From the NCBI GenBank assembly GCA_002633005.1, contig NMRA01000440.1, positions 333,504 to 383,112 on the forward strand: 49,609 nt of DNA, read 5' to 3'. This document shows positions 22,767 to 36,769 of this stretch, in pieces (position 1 is the first letter of the stretch; each line of letters opens with the position of its first letter). The DNA comes from Phoronis australis (taxonomy: Eukaryota; Animalia; Phoronida). The position numbers were made by a program, and so were the translations under genes. The notes under the pieces are model-generated. The model searched no databases, had not been told where the DNA came from, and was given only the letters and a program-made list of their open reading frames with translations.

Positions 22767-24183
22767 CCGTATTCGCCGTAATAACTGCCCAGGGCGCTTA
22801 GAAAGTTCGGTTCAGGGGGGCGCTTATTATAACCCAAGGCGGTTGAAACCCGGTCTCCGAAACGGGTGAAATCGGAAGCTAAGATTCATCAAATTTACAC
22901 TCTGTGACGTATCTGTAATCTATGAAAGACTTCCAACAAAACTGTGGTGCATTGCTATCAAACTTTGCTGCTAAATTACGATCATGTTACAGAAAATTGT
23001 GCCAAAATCCCAGGACGAAAACTCGCCGACTGACTGCCTCGAAATCGCCGTCTTCGATATGGTGACTTCAATGCTAGAATAAAAATAGTTTTGACTCAAG
23101 CAAATTACCTGAAATCCTCATTAAGTTTTCTAAGTAGCATCCCTTAGATTTTTTTTAGGTTCCCGTGAAGTCTGGATTAACGGCAGGTTTAAGTACAAAT
23201 CTGTGCAACATTGTGCCACCTACATGTATGATCGGCAACACGGCAAGAAAAATGTCTGGATGAACACACATGTTGTTGTCACGTGATGTTTGTTTTGAAG
23301 TTCGTCTGCGAGTAAGCGAGCGCGTGCGTGTCACCAGAGTTCATTTGCCAAAGCAGAGACCGTCTTTTGGCCAGAGCCACGCAATCTAACGAGCTAGATG
23401 TGCATTGTGTCTAAAGAAATTTGCACAAGCAGCCTAAACCAGAGCCTGTTTCATTCAGCAGTTGCCGGTCTCGTGCTAAAAACGTTCGGCATTTGTTTCG
23501 GTAAAGCCCATATTAGTCACCGTGTAGCTGGATGCGTACGTAACTATCTGACATTTATTTTTCGGTGTAAGGGTGTGTAAGCATTCACTGCCAATTGTCA
23601 TTTTATTGGATATTCGACTTAAAAACACCAATTATGGTTAATCAAACAATCCATATAAAAAAATAACGCAAACATGTTTTATAGTATTAGAAATTGTCGG
23701 AAATTAGTGCCAATATTCATTTCTTACCGATGCTATGCTACCCGTTTCATGAATGGATAGTTCCCGACTAATGTCTTAGATGACAGGTTCATATATGTAG
23801 CGCGCGCTTCCTGGCCACGTGCGTTTAACACCAAGTTATTTTTATTCATGAGACAGTCGATGCGTCTACTGAAAGGTCAAACCATAGTGGGACACGGTCG
23901 TCGCGAGAGTAGCAAAGCTGTTGCGTTCTTTTTGAAGCACTGCGTTACTTTGAAGTGTATAGTCACGGCTAAATACAAAAGTAGTAGTGCCGCTGGTGGT
24001 CTAGAAGACCCGCGCAAAACTTTTTTGATAAATTGGAAGACGTTACTGTAGCCGAGTTTTAGGACTGTAGGTACGTCAATGTTCGCATGTACACGTTCAT
24101 GGACTGGGCGCTTATTTCAGCAAAGTCTGAAAATGCATGGGGGGCGCTAATAGGGGCATGGGCGGTTATTACGGCGAATACGG
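22767..24183. mobile_element. Complete non-autonomous Tc1/mariner(pogo)-type DNA transposon
   Basis: TIR CCGTATTCGCCGTAATAACTGCCC / GGGCGGTTATTACGGCGAATACGG flanked by TA on both sides; no transposase ORF. Confidence 0.9.
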
Positions 24184-24711
24184 TATACAAGTTATGAATA
24201 TTCAAGAACTGTTACCTCCCAAAACTGGAAAAACTGCTGCCAGAGTATCACCTACTTCATACTAACAACTAATGTCAAGCAATAAACTACAAGATACTGT
24301 TTGGTTGTTGACTGTATATGAACACAATGGTTTTTAATTCATTTTACAATTTTTTTGTGAAGTAGTACAGATTTTCAGAAGATTAAAATGTTCACATACT
24401 TTCAATACATGTCATTTACGCAGACTAGTGTGTGCACATCTCAATTTTTTTAAATCTCCACGTTTTGGGTAAATAACTCGTACTAGTGGACTGACTGAAC
24501 AAGTGATGGACATATTATAGCAAGCATATATAGCCTCCTATAATTACTGGCGGAAGCTCCCCCTCAGTCATAACCAGATTATTGGGCTCTGAAATCCAAC
24601 ATAATTACCCAGGCGGAAGTCAATAGGCATGGGGACAGTTTTACTACCCTCCCTCCTCCCTATAAAACTGTTGTTACATCTGTGGTCCAAACATTGCTTG
24701 CACACCATTAC

Positions 24712-24961
24712 CTGCATGCGACCAACAGATACAGAGACCTCTACTGCATGGTGGACACCATACGGAAAGTACTTCACAGCGTGGCGACGAAGAGCATCCA
24801 GAAGACATAGCACAGGAAATATCACGTGTCCATGGATACGGTTGCCCATGGCAACATGGGAGGCAATTACAGCCACTATCAAATAGAGTTCACTTGTGAA
24901 CGCAAATATTTCTGTGAGAGACCTACACTTGTTGACATTGTGAATCAAGCTAACCTCCAGC
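24712..24961 (-). CDS. ABCC4-like: V6: ABCC4-like TM5-TM6 alternative exon (250 nt)
   Basis: tttttag|G CTG GAG...ATG CAG|gtaatg; LEVSLIHNVNKCRSLTEIFAFTSELYLIVAVIASHVAMGNRIHGHVIFPVLCLLDALRRHAVKYFPYGVHHAVEVSVSVGRMQ. Confidence 0.9.
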
Positions 24962-26509
24962 CTAAAAAGTATAATGTATTGAGACTTGTAAGTTTTCAAC
25001 TAACTGACCAATCAATTGTTCAACAACCGCTGCCAAGACTTGTCAAAACAGATATGTCATCCCGTTTACCTCGATCCCAATTTTATAAATGATGTACATG
25101 AATAATGAACTATTCAAAATTACATAAAGTAATACAGCGCAAGAGCATGCAGTCAAAGTGCGACCTACACCCTGAAAAGCACCTAACAGATACTCAGGTG
25201 AGGAAGACAAGGCAAGCAAGCTGGGACTACTTAAAAAGTAGACAATAGAACAGGTGAGCTTTGTTTGGCATTCAAGCTTCCTTTACGGTACCAGAGTGCC
25301 ACCTTTCAATCATACGCAAAACTAATGCTTCAACAGAATACGGTGATGGGGATAGTCACAGCAGAATATCAGGTAAGGAGGTTCTTAGCGGGATAACACC
25401 ATGTTTCCTTCTCCAGATAACATGTTGCACAAAGGTCAATGCTGATAAAAACAATGAGCTAAGGTGAAACACAAGTGTCGGGATGTTTGTGGCAAAAACA
25501 TATTGGAACAGATGGAAACCATCGACTCAATACATTGTGGAGACTGCAACGGTTTTAGGTGACATTGACGGTTACAAAGTTATCATTTTTTAAAAGAGAT
25601 AAGAATCCCAAGGACATTAGGTTGTAGGTTGTCAATGATTTGCAATAAGTCAAACCTGATCATAATTAGAGATAATCAAAGATATCAGGGGATATAATGA
25701 ATCAGAACTCAATACCCCGTTAGACCCCACCACCAAAGAAACAGACCAATACACCAATATAAAAATAATTTGAACTGAGTACCCAAAAAGTACCTGTTAA
25801 CGACAGGGCCAGAAAAACTACAAGACATTTCCAGAAAAACAAAACGCAATGTCGTTCAAACTGAATTGTCACAAATCAATATTGACCCAATGTTACAATT
25901 ATATAAAATCATTAGTGAAACCAGTAACTTCCTTTGGGTACTTGACAGTCAATGCCTTTGTTTGGGAAATGTTATCTTATTTATCCGTAGCAACCCATGA
26001 CGCACTTAATCAAATTAATTGTTAAATCTTGACAGTTTGATCCTTAATAAGCATGACTGAAGTCTCTATTATGTTTAGAGTACAAAAAATAATACAAGTT
26101 GAACGAGGTGAATCAAAAGTGAGTACAATCAACTTTTTATCACAATTAGTACAAATATCAACAATGATCGTGTCACATATGACTGACCTGTGCAAATCCA
26201 TTGTAACTCAGGTTACAATGCATGAGAGCAACTAGGAAAACATTGTCTTGATGAGCATCTTAGGTAGATGCTATTGTTCAGACTATTTGAAATGTATCAA
26301 CTATTTCTGACTGAAATTTTAGACAAAAGAAAACACCCAAAGACCCGTAGCCAACTTTTACAATGAGTGAGTGTGAAGCTTGTAATTAAATGACTTTTTT
26401 AACTTTCAGTTGCTGGTTAACTTCTAATGATCATCGCCAATTTTGTAACCTTTTACAAATGAAACTGTTTTGGCCGAGGCAGACATTAGTTGTTCATGAG
26501 CTGTCCCTC

Positions 26510-26852
26510 AACTGTAGATGGTTGGATCTCAGCTGGAAGGGGGGGGGCGCATCTCAGTGGATCTTGGTTGGAAATGGGGTTTATCTCAGTGGATCTCAAC
26601 TGAAAGGATGGTGCATCTCAGTGGATCTCAACTGAAAGGGGGTATACCTCAGAGAACCTCAGCTTGAAGGGGCTGCATCTTATAGCATCTCAACCAAAAC
26701 GGGGTGCATCTCAGTGGATCTCAACTGGAAAGGGGGTATATCTCAGTGGATCTCAGCTGGAAGAGGGCTGCATCTCAGTAAATCTCAGTTGGAAGGGGTC
26801 TGCATCTTAGTGGATCTCAACCAGAAGGGGTGCATGTCAGTGGATCTCAACA
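26510..26852. repeat. Degenerate ~29-bp minisatellite
   Basis: Unit like GCATCTCAGTGGATCTCAACTGGAAGGGG. Confidence 0.8.
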
Positions 26853-27304
26853 GTAAGGCTTTGCATTTATTACAACACCTTGGCTACAGATGATTTGTAA
26901 CTTGTAGTAGTAACATCATATCTAAAATATATTGACCTGTAAAAACCACTCGTATATTTGCATAGACATGGCATTTCAGTCGGACATCTCTCTCTCTCTC
27001 GCTCTCCCTCTCACTCTCCCTCTCCGACCACCTTCAAGTGTTCCAGTGTTCTTAAAAGAACGTGCACTGGTATCTGGTACACTCATGCTGGGCATTTGGA
27101 TTATATTTTCCCAGGTAGACAGTGGGGTTTGAACTTGGTATTCTCACCACCAGGCTACTGAGTCAATCTTCTGAAGATGATGCAACACCTGACAATGGCA
27201 GTAACCATGGTGAGAAGAAATGGCTGACTGAAATGTGATGCCAATGTAAACAGGCTTGAGGTTGGTGTAAATAGAACAAGAGATTTAAATATGATGCAAC
27301 AAAC

Positions 27305-27554
27305 CTGTAACCGCTGGATAGTCACAAGCATTGCATTTAAGAATAGCATGCAGAGACCAAATTTATCAGAAATGCCCTCCTCTATAATGTGGTAGCAATA
27401 AGATGAGACAGCGAACACACCACTAGTAAAGGCCATCTCCACAGTCACCATGGCACAAATGGTGGGAAACCATAGAAAATGACGAGAAAGGACGGTCAGC
27501 CAAAACACGTAACCCGAGAACAAACCAGTCCACAGCATCAAGGCCATCTCTGAC
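27305..27554 (-). CDS. ABCC4-like: V7: ABCC4-like TM5-TM6 alternative exon (250 nt), apparently identical to V4
   Basis: Same splice sites as V4, and no nucleotide difference from 18487-18736 found by eye. Confidence 0.8.
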
Positions 27555-28939
27555 CTACAACAAAACAGTCCACAGCATCAAGGCCATCTCTGACCTACAA
27601 CAAAACAAAGTTGTAAGGTGCTTTGAGTTACAGTTGTCAACAAGGTTAACACAAACATGTCACAAACATGTCACAAACAGTAATAGAAAATGAGCAGATA
27701 GTGAAGACACTAAATGCAACTTCAAACAAATAAAACAATTAAAAGTACAGCCAAAAGCCGAGCCCCACACAACACTGTGGCCCTTGCGAAAGCCAATTTG
27801 TCAACCAGACGTTTTGAAGATATATTCACAAGACCTTCACAAAATTTGCAATCTCAAATTATAGAGATCAGCCATTTAGTAGTTTCAAAGAAAAGCTACC
27901 CAACAACTTGAATTGTCATTCCCACCATATACCATTGTGTCAAGTTTTGGAAAAGTCATCAGGTTATTTCAGATGAGAAAGATTGATTGAAAACTAAAAT
28001 GGCCAACAGGTGTCAAAATAATTCGAAACTCGATTAGTGCATAAAAGTCCTAACAAGTTATATTATGATCTGACATGCGGTGTTTGAGATGATCTACGGA
28101 CAAGCAAAGGTAATGATGGACAACAAATGAATGAGTCAAATACAGCAGCTAAAAAGCCCACCGAGGAGAGAAAGATGTCAAATTGACTCATTTATTACCT
28201 TTTATGTATTTGGACATAAAAACAAGAACATCCTAGGTAACAGATTAATCAGGTCCACCTTCACATCACCCTATGTTTAGATGTCTACAGTGGACACAGA
28301 ACAACAAATTGGGCTGCATTCTTATGGAGTGGAAAAAAGAATTCTATCCCTGAACTATTCTATAATTGAACATTCCTCACTGACCAAGCACTCCAGTGGC
28401 AGCCAGTTTGCTAAAAGTTATCCTAGTGAGGTCTCAGGCAGACTCGTAAAACACTTGCCACCTTTCATTGGTGTGATTTTGCATGGTATGCCTTTTCTAG
28501 GTAGAAAGTTGGTAGAACATAGCCCTGACTAAACATAAATTGCTCTACCTTTGCAACACTACCCAAACACGTATGCACTCTTACACTCCTGTGCATGCAC
28601 TTGCACACACTCTCTCAAAGGGACCAATGCATTGAAGCAACATCCTTACATTGCAAATTCTTGTTAGAAAACTGATTGGCTCGGTACCAAGCACTAATAA
28701 CAGAGAACATCATTTTAGCACGGGTGATTTTAGAGAAAACATGAACGAAAAACTGGCATCAACACTAAAAAACAGCATGGAAATCAGCCAAGCTTGCCAG
28801 TATGCTGGAGACTGTGGCAGAAAGTATAGATTCCTGCCATATACAAGTGACTTGGAAGGAATCCGGTAACTGTCTGAGGGGGCCAACCTTCAATTCCTAC
28901 TGTGAAGCAAATTTCTCAAGCTAGCTTTTCTCCACAAAC

Positions 28940-29189
28940 CTGGATACGCGTGAGTGACCGAGCCATTTCACTTCCAAATTGGATGGCAATGGGGATGTAT
29001 TTGAGAACAGCCCTTCTTAATGCATACAGAAAGAACAGCACGGGGAAAATACGCTCGCCATGGATACGGTTGCCCAGGACAACAAAAGTGATGACCACAG
29101 AGAGGAGGAGGTACTTGTGTCCAGAGAAGTCAAATATGTGGTTGATCGAGTTGAGGGTGCGAACGCGCTTGACCACACCAACTTCACGT
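28940..29189 (-). CDS. ABCC4-like: V8: ABCC4-like TM5-TM6 alternative exon (250 nt), most canonical copy
   Basis: ctttgcag|A CGT GAA...ATC CAG|gtttgt; REVGVVKRVRTLNSINHIFDFSGHKYLLLSVVITFVVLGNRIHGERIFPVLFFLYALRRAVLKYIPIAIQFGSEMARSLTRIQ. Aligns without gaps to recalled human ABCC4 K305-Q387, sharing E2, N16, F21-S22, K25, L38-G39, R46, F48, R58, P66, A68-I69, S73-E74, S78 and RIQ. Confidence 0.92.
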
Positions 29190-29779
29190 CTGCAAAGCAT
29201 AAGGGCAATGAGTGTGAATAAAGGTGAAGATTGTAACAAAACTGCCATCTGTAGACGTGCACTTGGAACTATGAAACGCTATGCCACAAGAACAGCCATA
29301 CACACATGTTCAAATGCCACTGTCCTGTTAAAGAAAGCAGAAACACAAACAGTAAGACTTTCAAAAAGCTGCAGGGGTCACTGTGGTCTCACAACGAGCA
29401 AACACAGAAAACTGACTTTATTTTTGGAGGAGGCTGTGGAATCAAAAGCAGGCTATCGTAAAGCTGACCAGCATCTAAATGTACTTTTACTATTGGACAT
29501 GGGTGTTGGTAACTCGAAAAATGTAGTCTGTATAATCCACTCATTAACTGAACACAATCAAAATGTGCTACCTATGCAGTAAAGTGGCTTCATAATGATG
29601 CTACCAATAATTCATTTTGATTAATTAAATTTACAAAATTTTTAATTATGTTGTACTTTACATAGTATGTTATAATTCTTCATGAAACTACAGTTATCAG
29701 AGTTGCTAGAGAATAGTTTTAAGGAGCCATTGGCTGGGAATAGCAGCATGTCATGTGAAAACGTCGCAACGGAAAACAC

Positions 29780-31308
29780 GAGTGCAGACGACCAGCAGGT
29801 TCATTCGACCAGAAACAGCTCCAACCTGTTATTGTAAACAAGGACGGCAAAGAAGTGTGACATTGAACATCTGTCTGGTTGGAGTTACAACGCCATAGAG
29901 GAGACGCATGGAGGTCTTATCTGCACAGTTAATGCCCTAGTGACTAGGACAAATTGTAAATAATGGTACGCCAAATTTTATGGCAATACGTTGAGGACCT
30001 TTGAAGATACAGAGGTAAATGGAAAAAAACTGAAATTGCCACTAGGGGACACACAGGTAGTCAGATGCGTCCGAAAGTCATCGTCATCCATTGTCAACAT
30101 CATATAAATGTACTCGCTACATTTAATAAAGATCCTGCCAACAGTTTAGGAGATACAGCCATGAGCGCAAAAAAACTGCCACTAGGAGGCTCAACAGTAG
30201 ACGAAATCCTCGGAAAATCATCGTCAGCCGTCCTCGTCATGGTAAAAACATACATGCCAATTTTCACAATCACCCTTTGAGCGGTTTGGTTGATAGAGGG
30301 GCGGACGCCAAAAAACAGACTCGAAAACAGCAAAAATGGCCACTAGGTGGTGCAAACTTTGTCGAATCCATCCGAAAATGGAAGGATAGTGTCATCTGAC
30401 TAATAGACGCCTATATGCCAAATTATATGAAAATACTTTGAGGACCTGTGATGATATAGAGGTAAGCGTAAAAAACTAAAATTGTCACTAGTGGGCACAT
30501 CGGTAGTCTGATCTGTCCGAAAGTTCGCTCATGCCATCCCATCCAAGAAAGAAACACGTGCAAATTTTCATGAACATATGTCAAAGGGTTTTGGAGATAG
30601 AGCAGCAGCGGAAGTAGACTGGAAATTTCAGGTTGCATGCTACGACTAAATAGAAGATGACCAAAATCTCGGCTCGCATTTTCAAAATTCAGGTCGCCAA
30701 TGTGACCTGCAGCTCATTATGCCTAGCGCCGAGTCCTGTTTCCAACAACACCGACTCAGTAAGGACGCTTTGCTCGTTGGAACAAACCACTGGTGCCGGT
30801 TACCCAAATAATGAGGGCTTCGTCTTCGAATTATTTTTACCGATGCAGGTACTTGTGTATGAACTACTTCTTTCTCAGACTCTACTATACAGGTTCATTA
30901 GACTCATCCCATTCATAGTCTTAGTGTTTTTTACATTAAAATCTTAAGCACTTTTTTGAGTAATGCCTTTGCGGTAACTTTTGATTGACGATTGGCTTGT
31001 CTGCCAACCTCCGATGGAAGGTCAAAATAAAACAGCCGTAGAACCTTACGTTGAAAATGTTATTGAATCACGGAGTCCCTTACATAAACATCCCAAACGC
31101 AAAAAAACACCTGAATTAGTTTTTCAAACTGTAATTACAAATAATTTAAAACTGCTCTCTAACTCAGAACTTGACAACTAACTCCTGACTCTGCTGTGAC
31201 CTAAGCAGCACGTGAAGCTTGCAAGCGCGCACTTTGCTCTGTCACCATGTCAGTGAGTATAGCTGCAATCCAAGTGGAGCGCTGCATAGTCACTGGTCGT
31301 CTGCGCTC
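29780..31308. mobile_element. Non-autonomous element with short inverted ends and internal degenerate tandem repeats (possibly HINE-like)
   Basis: GAGTGCAGACGACCAG ... CTGGTCGTCTGCGCTC inverted pair. Internal GCCACTAGG-containing units recur at ~150-bp spacing (30030-30500), with a related tract at ~36000-36600. Confidence 0.5.
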
Positions 31309-31509
31309 TACAGGTACAGCTCTAACAATATGGCAGGACGGCACGGGCTATTACTCAGCAATTTGGCAAATTAAACTGAAATAATTAATCTGAGGGCAAC
31401 AGAACCTTTGTTGGGATCATCCGCTGTTATGACATTTTTACCGTCACTTGGCGACGTGGCGAAAGCTCGGAAAAGTGCTACGCATTCCAACTACGTGTGG
31501 GGACTGGGA

Positions 31510-31640
31510 TCATGAGGTAAGATTAACCGCCCAGGGCAGTTGTTTGTCGTAATACGCGCCCATGTTCGGTTAACCGCCCACCCCCGATTTTCTGGGTTTG
31601 CCAATTTAACCGCCCAGAGCGTTAACCCAAACGTTTACGG
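31510..31640 (-). mobile_element. Terminal fragment of the element at 6406-6752, inverted
   Basis: Reverse-complement match to ~6406-6595; ends ...CGTTTACGG|TA. Confidence 0.75.
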
Positions 31641-31716
31641 TAGATACAAAGCGCAGGCGAGTCGAGAAAGGTAGATCGATTCATTGCAATGTCTCTCGTT
31701 CAGTATGTGGTATAAA

Positions 31717-31846
31717 TAGATTATTACATGTTCTCAGTCGTTATCCCCCTTATCTAGAGCCCTTGTGGATTTTCGAGAACAATCGCCCAAAAATCCACTC
31801 GGGCTCTAGAATACGGGGGAAAACAACTTCGGCATGTAATAATCTA
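31717..31846. repeat. 130-bp palindromic (fold-back) MITE-like element
   Basis: TAGATTATTACATG...CATGTAATAATCTA outer arms, TCTAGAGCCC/GGGCTCTAGA and GTGGATTTT/AAAATCCAC inner arms. Confidence 0.8.
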
Positions 31847-32850
31847 CATCTATGTAGATCAATGGACATCATCAAATAAGCTAAACTATGTGGTGTCAAC
31901 ACGAGTCTTAAAATGATTCATTTCCATTGCAAATATTTTTTTAACCATGTACGTCTTTTTCATCATGACAGGAAAATTTGCGACGTATCTTGCATGGTTT
32001 AGCACCCATTTTAACATAGGTTATAAATACCATCTTAGCTAAGATGGATGAACTTAAAGTTTAATATGCACAAAGTTGATAAAAATGTAGCAAAAGTCTA
32101 AAGATAATTGTTAAGTCTCAAGGTAACCGTTAAGGCTAAATGTTCAAGTCAATTGCATAGTTTCTGTTCTTCCAAACAATTCAACGTTGCATTCACATTT
32201 AAGTGTCTAGCATGCTCATAGCCGCAACCAGACTTATGAACTTCGATAAAACGGGTCCCTGGTTTATAATTTAGCTTTTAGATAGTGAGCAATACAGAAT
32301 TCTGAGGTGGTGTTTTCACAAAAGAGTAGACAGTACGTCTGAACAGAAGGCTGACTAGACTGTTTAAAACGAGTTTCCTACCTGCAGTCTTACAAATGAT
32401 TAATTCTGGCCAATCACTTGCCATCACCATAGTCACAAATAACTGTAATTGGAATGATAAAAAGGTTCTGTTTGATATGGGGTCGGATGATAGCAAGGTA
32501 GAAAAGATGTCAGACGAGTGTTCACCTGACTTTTTCAGGTGAGAGATTACTTGTCTGATCAGAACGCATGTGAACGCTATACAAAACAAGAATTCTTGTT
32601 TATATTTAAAATATTGTGTCTTGGCAGCCAAAGGTAAGACATACACAACTGCAAACACAGACACAAGCACAGTCAGTTGGAAAATGTAGTCATAGAGAGG
32701 TAATCACTTTGTACCTTCTTCAAGCACGCGTGCACACGCCCACATGCACATGTACTAAGACACAAACACAAACACACGCCCACATGCACATGTACTAAGA
32801 CTTACACACACACGCGCACGCACACACACACACTCATCTTTTCAACTAAC

Positions 32851-33100
32851 CTCAAGCCTTCGAAACGTCACTTGAGCAACGCTCATGCAAACAAAGCAAT
32901 AGGCTAGCCTGTCCGAGACCAAACTTTTAAGAATATTGTAATTGACAAGGCAATTGACTAGTACATTGCTGGACAACACGAAGCCAGATAGAAGTAGTAC
33001 ACCAACAGATGGAAGTAGTAGTAGATGGCGAGTCAGCCACAGTAGAAGCAATACTATAGCACTGTACCAGCAACTTCCACGCAAATAAAACAGCTCTGCC
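32851..33100 (-). CDS. ABCC4-like: V9: ABCC4-like TM5-TM6 alternative exon (250 nt)
   Basis: tttgttctag|G GCA GAG...CTT GAG|gttagt; AELFYLRGSCWYSAIVLLLLWLTRHLLLLPSVGVLLLSGFVLSSNVLVNCLVNYNILKSLVSDRLAYCFVCMSVAQVTFRRLE. Confidence 0.85.
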
Positions 33101-35426
33101 CTAGAACAAACAAGAAATAGCTTAGTCCCAAAAAAGAAAACATGGAAACCAACTGCACGAGGAGAGACACTGGTGGCCATGAGTGGTCTCGGAGCTTTGA
33201 TATGTGTCCACACTAGCACATCGCAAACTGCAAAGCATCATGGTTAATTGGTAATTTGAAGTGAATACAAACTGAACATCGATTGGAAGTATTCTGCAGG
33301 GAAAACCTTCATTGTCAAAAACAAAAATGGATAGAATTGGGAAGCTCAATCAAGCCCGTTAAAAAAGTCTTTTATTATAATTTTTTAATAGAGAATGTGG
33401 CAGTAGAAGACCAGTGTTTTCCCTGGGTTTAGAAAGGAGCGTAGTTGTGAATGGTCAAAAAGTGATGCACAGCCCATTGCCGCATGTGAGTGTGGAAGTG
33501 AGATCCCTGTATTGCCTAGGTTTCTAAAGGAGCGTGGTCTTGAAAGGTCGCAGCGGATGCAAAATCCAGCGCCTTACGTGAGAACTGGAAGTGAGATACT
33601 CCAATGGGGGTTTGGTAGGAAGCCTTCCAAGTTTGAAAAACTAGATGCAATTTGGTGCAGTCTAGTGCATTCTACAAGTTAACTCAAAGACAGGACCTTA
33701 ACTAGAGCATCATCCACAACGTGCTGTACATAGAATGAAAAAACTTTAACTTTTAAGGCATAATAAACTAATTTGTATTATGAAACTTCAGATGATATCG
33801 TCTGCTATGTCTGGCATAGCAGACGATGTATAATCCAGTCTTTGCAGAATAATCCATTCAATATCATCATTTTAGCACTGGGCTATGGTTCATTAAACTG
33901 TAGCCGTGTGACTTGGGCGTATTCATTATTCCTAGCCATTATTTTTACTAGCGAATTTTGCGTGGCAGTGAAGTTTCCCGTCACGATTAGGTGAGTGATG
34001 GTCAATTTGAGTATGATTTACGAGTGGCGGGGCCAAATAGAAGCACGGTGTGCCACCCAGATTTCTACATGCAGGGGAAGCAGTGCAACACAAGGTAAAA
34101 AACAATGGTGTTTGCACTTATACATAAATATTTTGTCAAAATCCAAAAAAAATACGTCAAAAAACTTTTGTTTCGACAGGCAACAAATACTTTTGTCAAA
34201 AACAAAATGGCAGAGGGTGCCGCGGCATGGCCTCGCTCGCTTGATGTGGAATTGTTTTTGAACGAGTCAAGCCAAACGTTTCCACCACATGTCATATTTC
34301 TTCAGGAACCCTCAACTACTTTGACAAATAATCGGAAGACAAAAAACAATGAATAGACGGATGGGATGCCTACTAAATCCATCCACACAGATGTGTGGAT
34401 GCATAACAGAAAGATATGGCCATGGCTCTACCAAAGAGCCACTGGAGCAAGGGTAGCCTCCATTACCTGCACATTTATGGGTTGGGGAATTGTCAAGATC
34501 AGGACACTACAGAGCATGGAGAAGCGCAGGTTTTGCAGTGCAATGTAGGGTTCTCCATGGGATGAGTGCTGTTTACTCTTCAAAATTCAGTGGTTTACTT
34601 TGTACCGTCACTGAATTTTCCCTGCTCTATCCTAGGCTCAAGAATTATAAGACACTAGATAAAATATACTTTTGCTGGGATATTACAAGACGCAGCGGTA
34701 TGTTGTGTTCCAATAGTGTGAAGATTACAACACAAGACCTTACTTCATATGGTAAAGAAAAGGTGCACATGAAGTACTAACCTACCAAAGACGATTCTCA
34801 CAATTGTTAAAGGGCATTAAAGTGTTGCTGCTGAGTCTGGGGTACAGTGGAGCCCACCTAATGGCACACATTCAGTTTTGATGTGAATTATGATTATTAG
34901 CACGATATCCCGTTAAGCAGGTTCTGATTTGGCAATGGTCCCGTGTTTCATAGACACGAGAACCATGCAAAAGGCAACACTTTGCAAGATATCAACATGC
35001 ATTACAGGAAAAGCAAGTGTCCACACCAGCTATACGCATGAGGTTCTTGCACCTACTGACCTCGCTGGTGAGACGATTAGTGCCGCCTCACATTGTCTAT
35101 GACCCTGTCTGCGACAAGTAATTTGCAACTTTTATATGAATTCATATCAATCATTTCTATGAATTCATACCAATGGAACAATACAATATAAATGGTTCAT
35201 GAGAATGCATCGTAGTGTTTGATACAATTTTTCATCAAAGGAATATCAAGAATCATCATAACATGATTTCTTATAACTGAATTATGATAATAAATTTTCT
35301 ATGAATGATTACCAGATTGATACTAGACTGATGCTCATTTACATACATTAATTCACATCAACCAAATCTATGAATTCATATCGATGGTATAATATGATAT
35401 TATATATGGCTGATGAGAACTCACAA

Positions 35427-35898
35427 GGCCCTTTCACACTAATGTTGATGCGCCGATGTTTTGGGGATTTGCAGTCAATATGAACGGTTAAATTTGGACC
35501 TGGATAGCCAGCTAACTTTGCAAGAAACAGGTGGATTTAGAAGGGAGCGTCCATGCTGCCATGAGGTCAACTTTGGTCCCATCGCCAGGGGCCACTGTTT
35601 TCGCCAACTAAAGGCTAGTGTCGACGTTAATAGTTACTTATATTTTGCTCGAATAATCAGAAATGAGTATGTCAATTAGCGAAATAATGTAAATGTCCTC
35701 CAATTGTCATATTAAAAAAATCTTAGCACGCATGCAATGCATTAGCGCTACCTTGTGATCACTTTGATGACAACAGCATCACTTAACCATTTATTTCGAT
35801 GTCCATTACCTACCAAAGCTGGTATGAACGGTTCAGTTAACTTCGTAGTTTACGTCGATGCTCCACTCAGACCTGGGTTAAGTCGGTATGAAAAGGCC
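35427..35898 (+). mobile_element. MITE family H2, second copy
   Basis: GGCCCTTTCACAC...GTATGAAAAGGCC ends; the 3' part is similar to 22370-22479. Confidence 0.55.
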
Positions 35899-36769
35899 TA
35901 CAATAACAGCTGGTGCAATGTTTCAGGCAAGATTCATCAATTGTCATAATTGAGTTAAAGGTGAGGATGTTTGTATCACATAGTCATCAGAGAGTGGCCC
36001 CTGGTGGTTGTCCAACACCACCTGGTGGCTGTTACATGCGAAGAGGCACTGGTGAATAGCTGGTAATTCAGCTGTCAACTTTCATTGAAGTCCTTCAATC
36101 GGTTCTCTAAACATCATCTGGAAGTGCTCTCACACAAAATGGACGTTAGATGGCACTGCAGTAGTCCGATCCAGCCGAAAAGCAAATGGTGCCTTGGCAA
36201 TTTCATCATAAACCAATAGAACAAGTCTTAATGAAATCCACCAATCACAATGCTAGATATCATCCAGAAACATTTTCCCCAAAATATCACTTGATAAAAC
36301 CTTCGTCAAGAACAAAATGGCCACTAGGAGGTGCTGCAGTAGCCACATCTGGCTGAAAATTTAATCGTGCCACCTCATTGATATCACACACCTTTGTGTC
36401 AAATTTCATTGAAATATGTCAATCCATTCTCTAGATATCTTCCAGAAACACTCTTCCCACAGAAATACTGAGAAAGGTGATGTCTCCCTGACCCCAAGAG
36501 ACCGGGCAGATTGAAAAGTAGCATGAACTGCTCTAGTGATGCCCGCCACGCTTGTGCCAAATTTCATCAAAATCCAACTATAATAGAGGTTTTTGAGATA
36601 TCAAGCGAGCATACAGACGCCTGGACAAAGTGACGACAATATGCGACCACACATACATATACGTGTGAGTGTGTTTGTGCGTGCGTGTGAAATTACCGTT
36701 TTAATATTTATTGCTATCTCAACTTGAATTACTGATGGAAACAAACTGTAGCAGACGAATAAACACAAA

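Noticed and set aside
28902-29582. 226-aa plus-strand ORF
   Set aside because: Antisense to V8 with no recognisable domain; likely a shadow ORF.
32382-32576. AG...GT-bounded 195-nt segment ending SFVRLQ|gtagga, inside ORF 32278-32670
   Set aside because: The RLQ frame has a stop six codons upstream, the open frame has no similarity to the V exons, and length and phase are incompatible.
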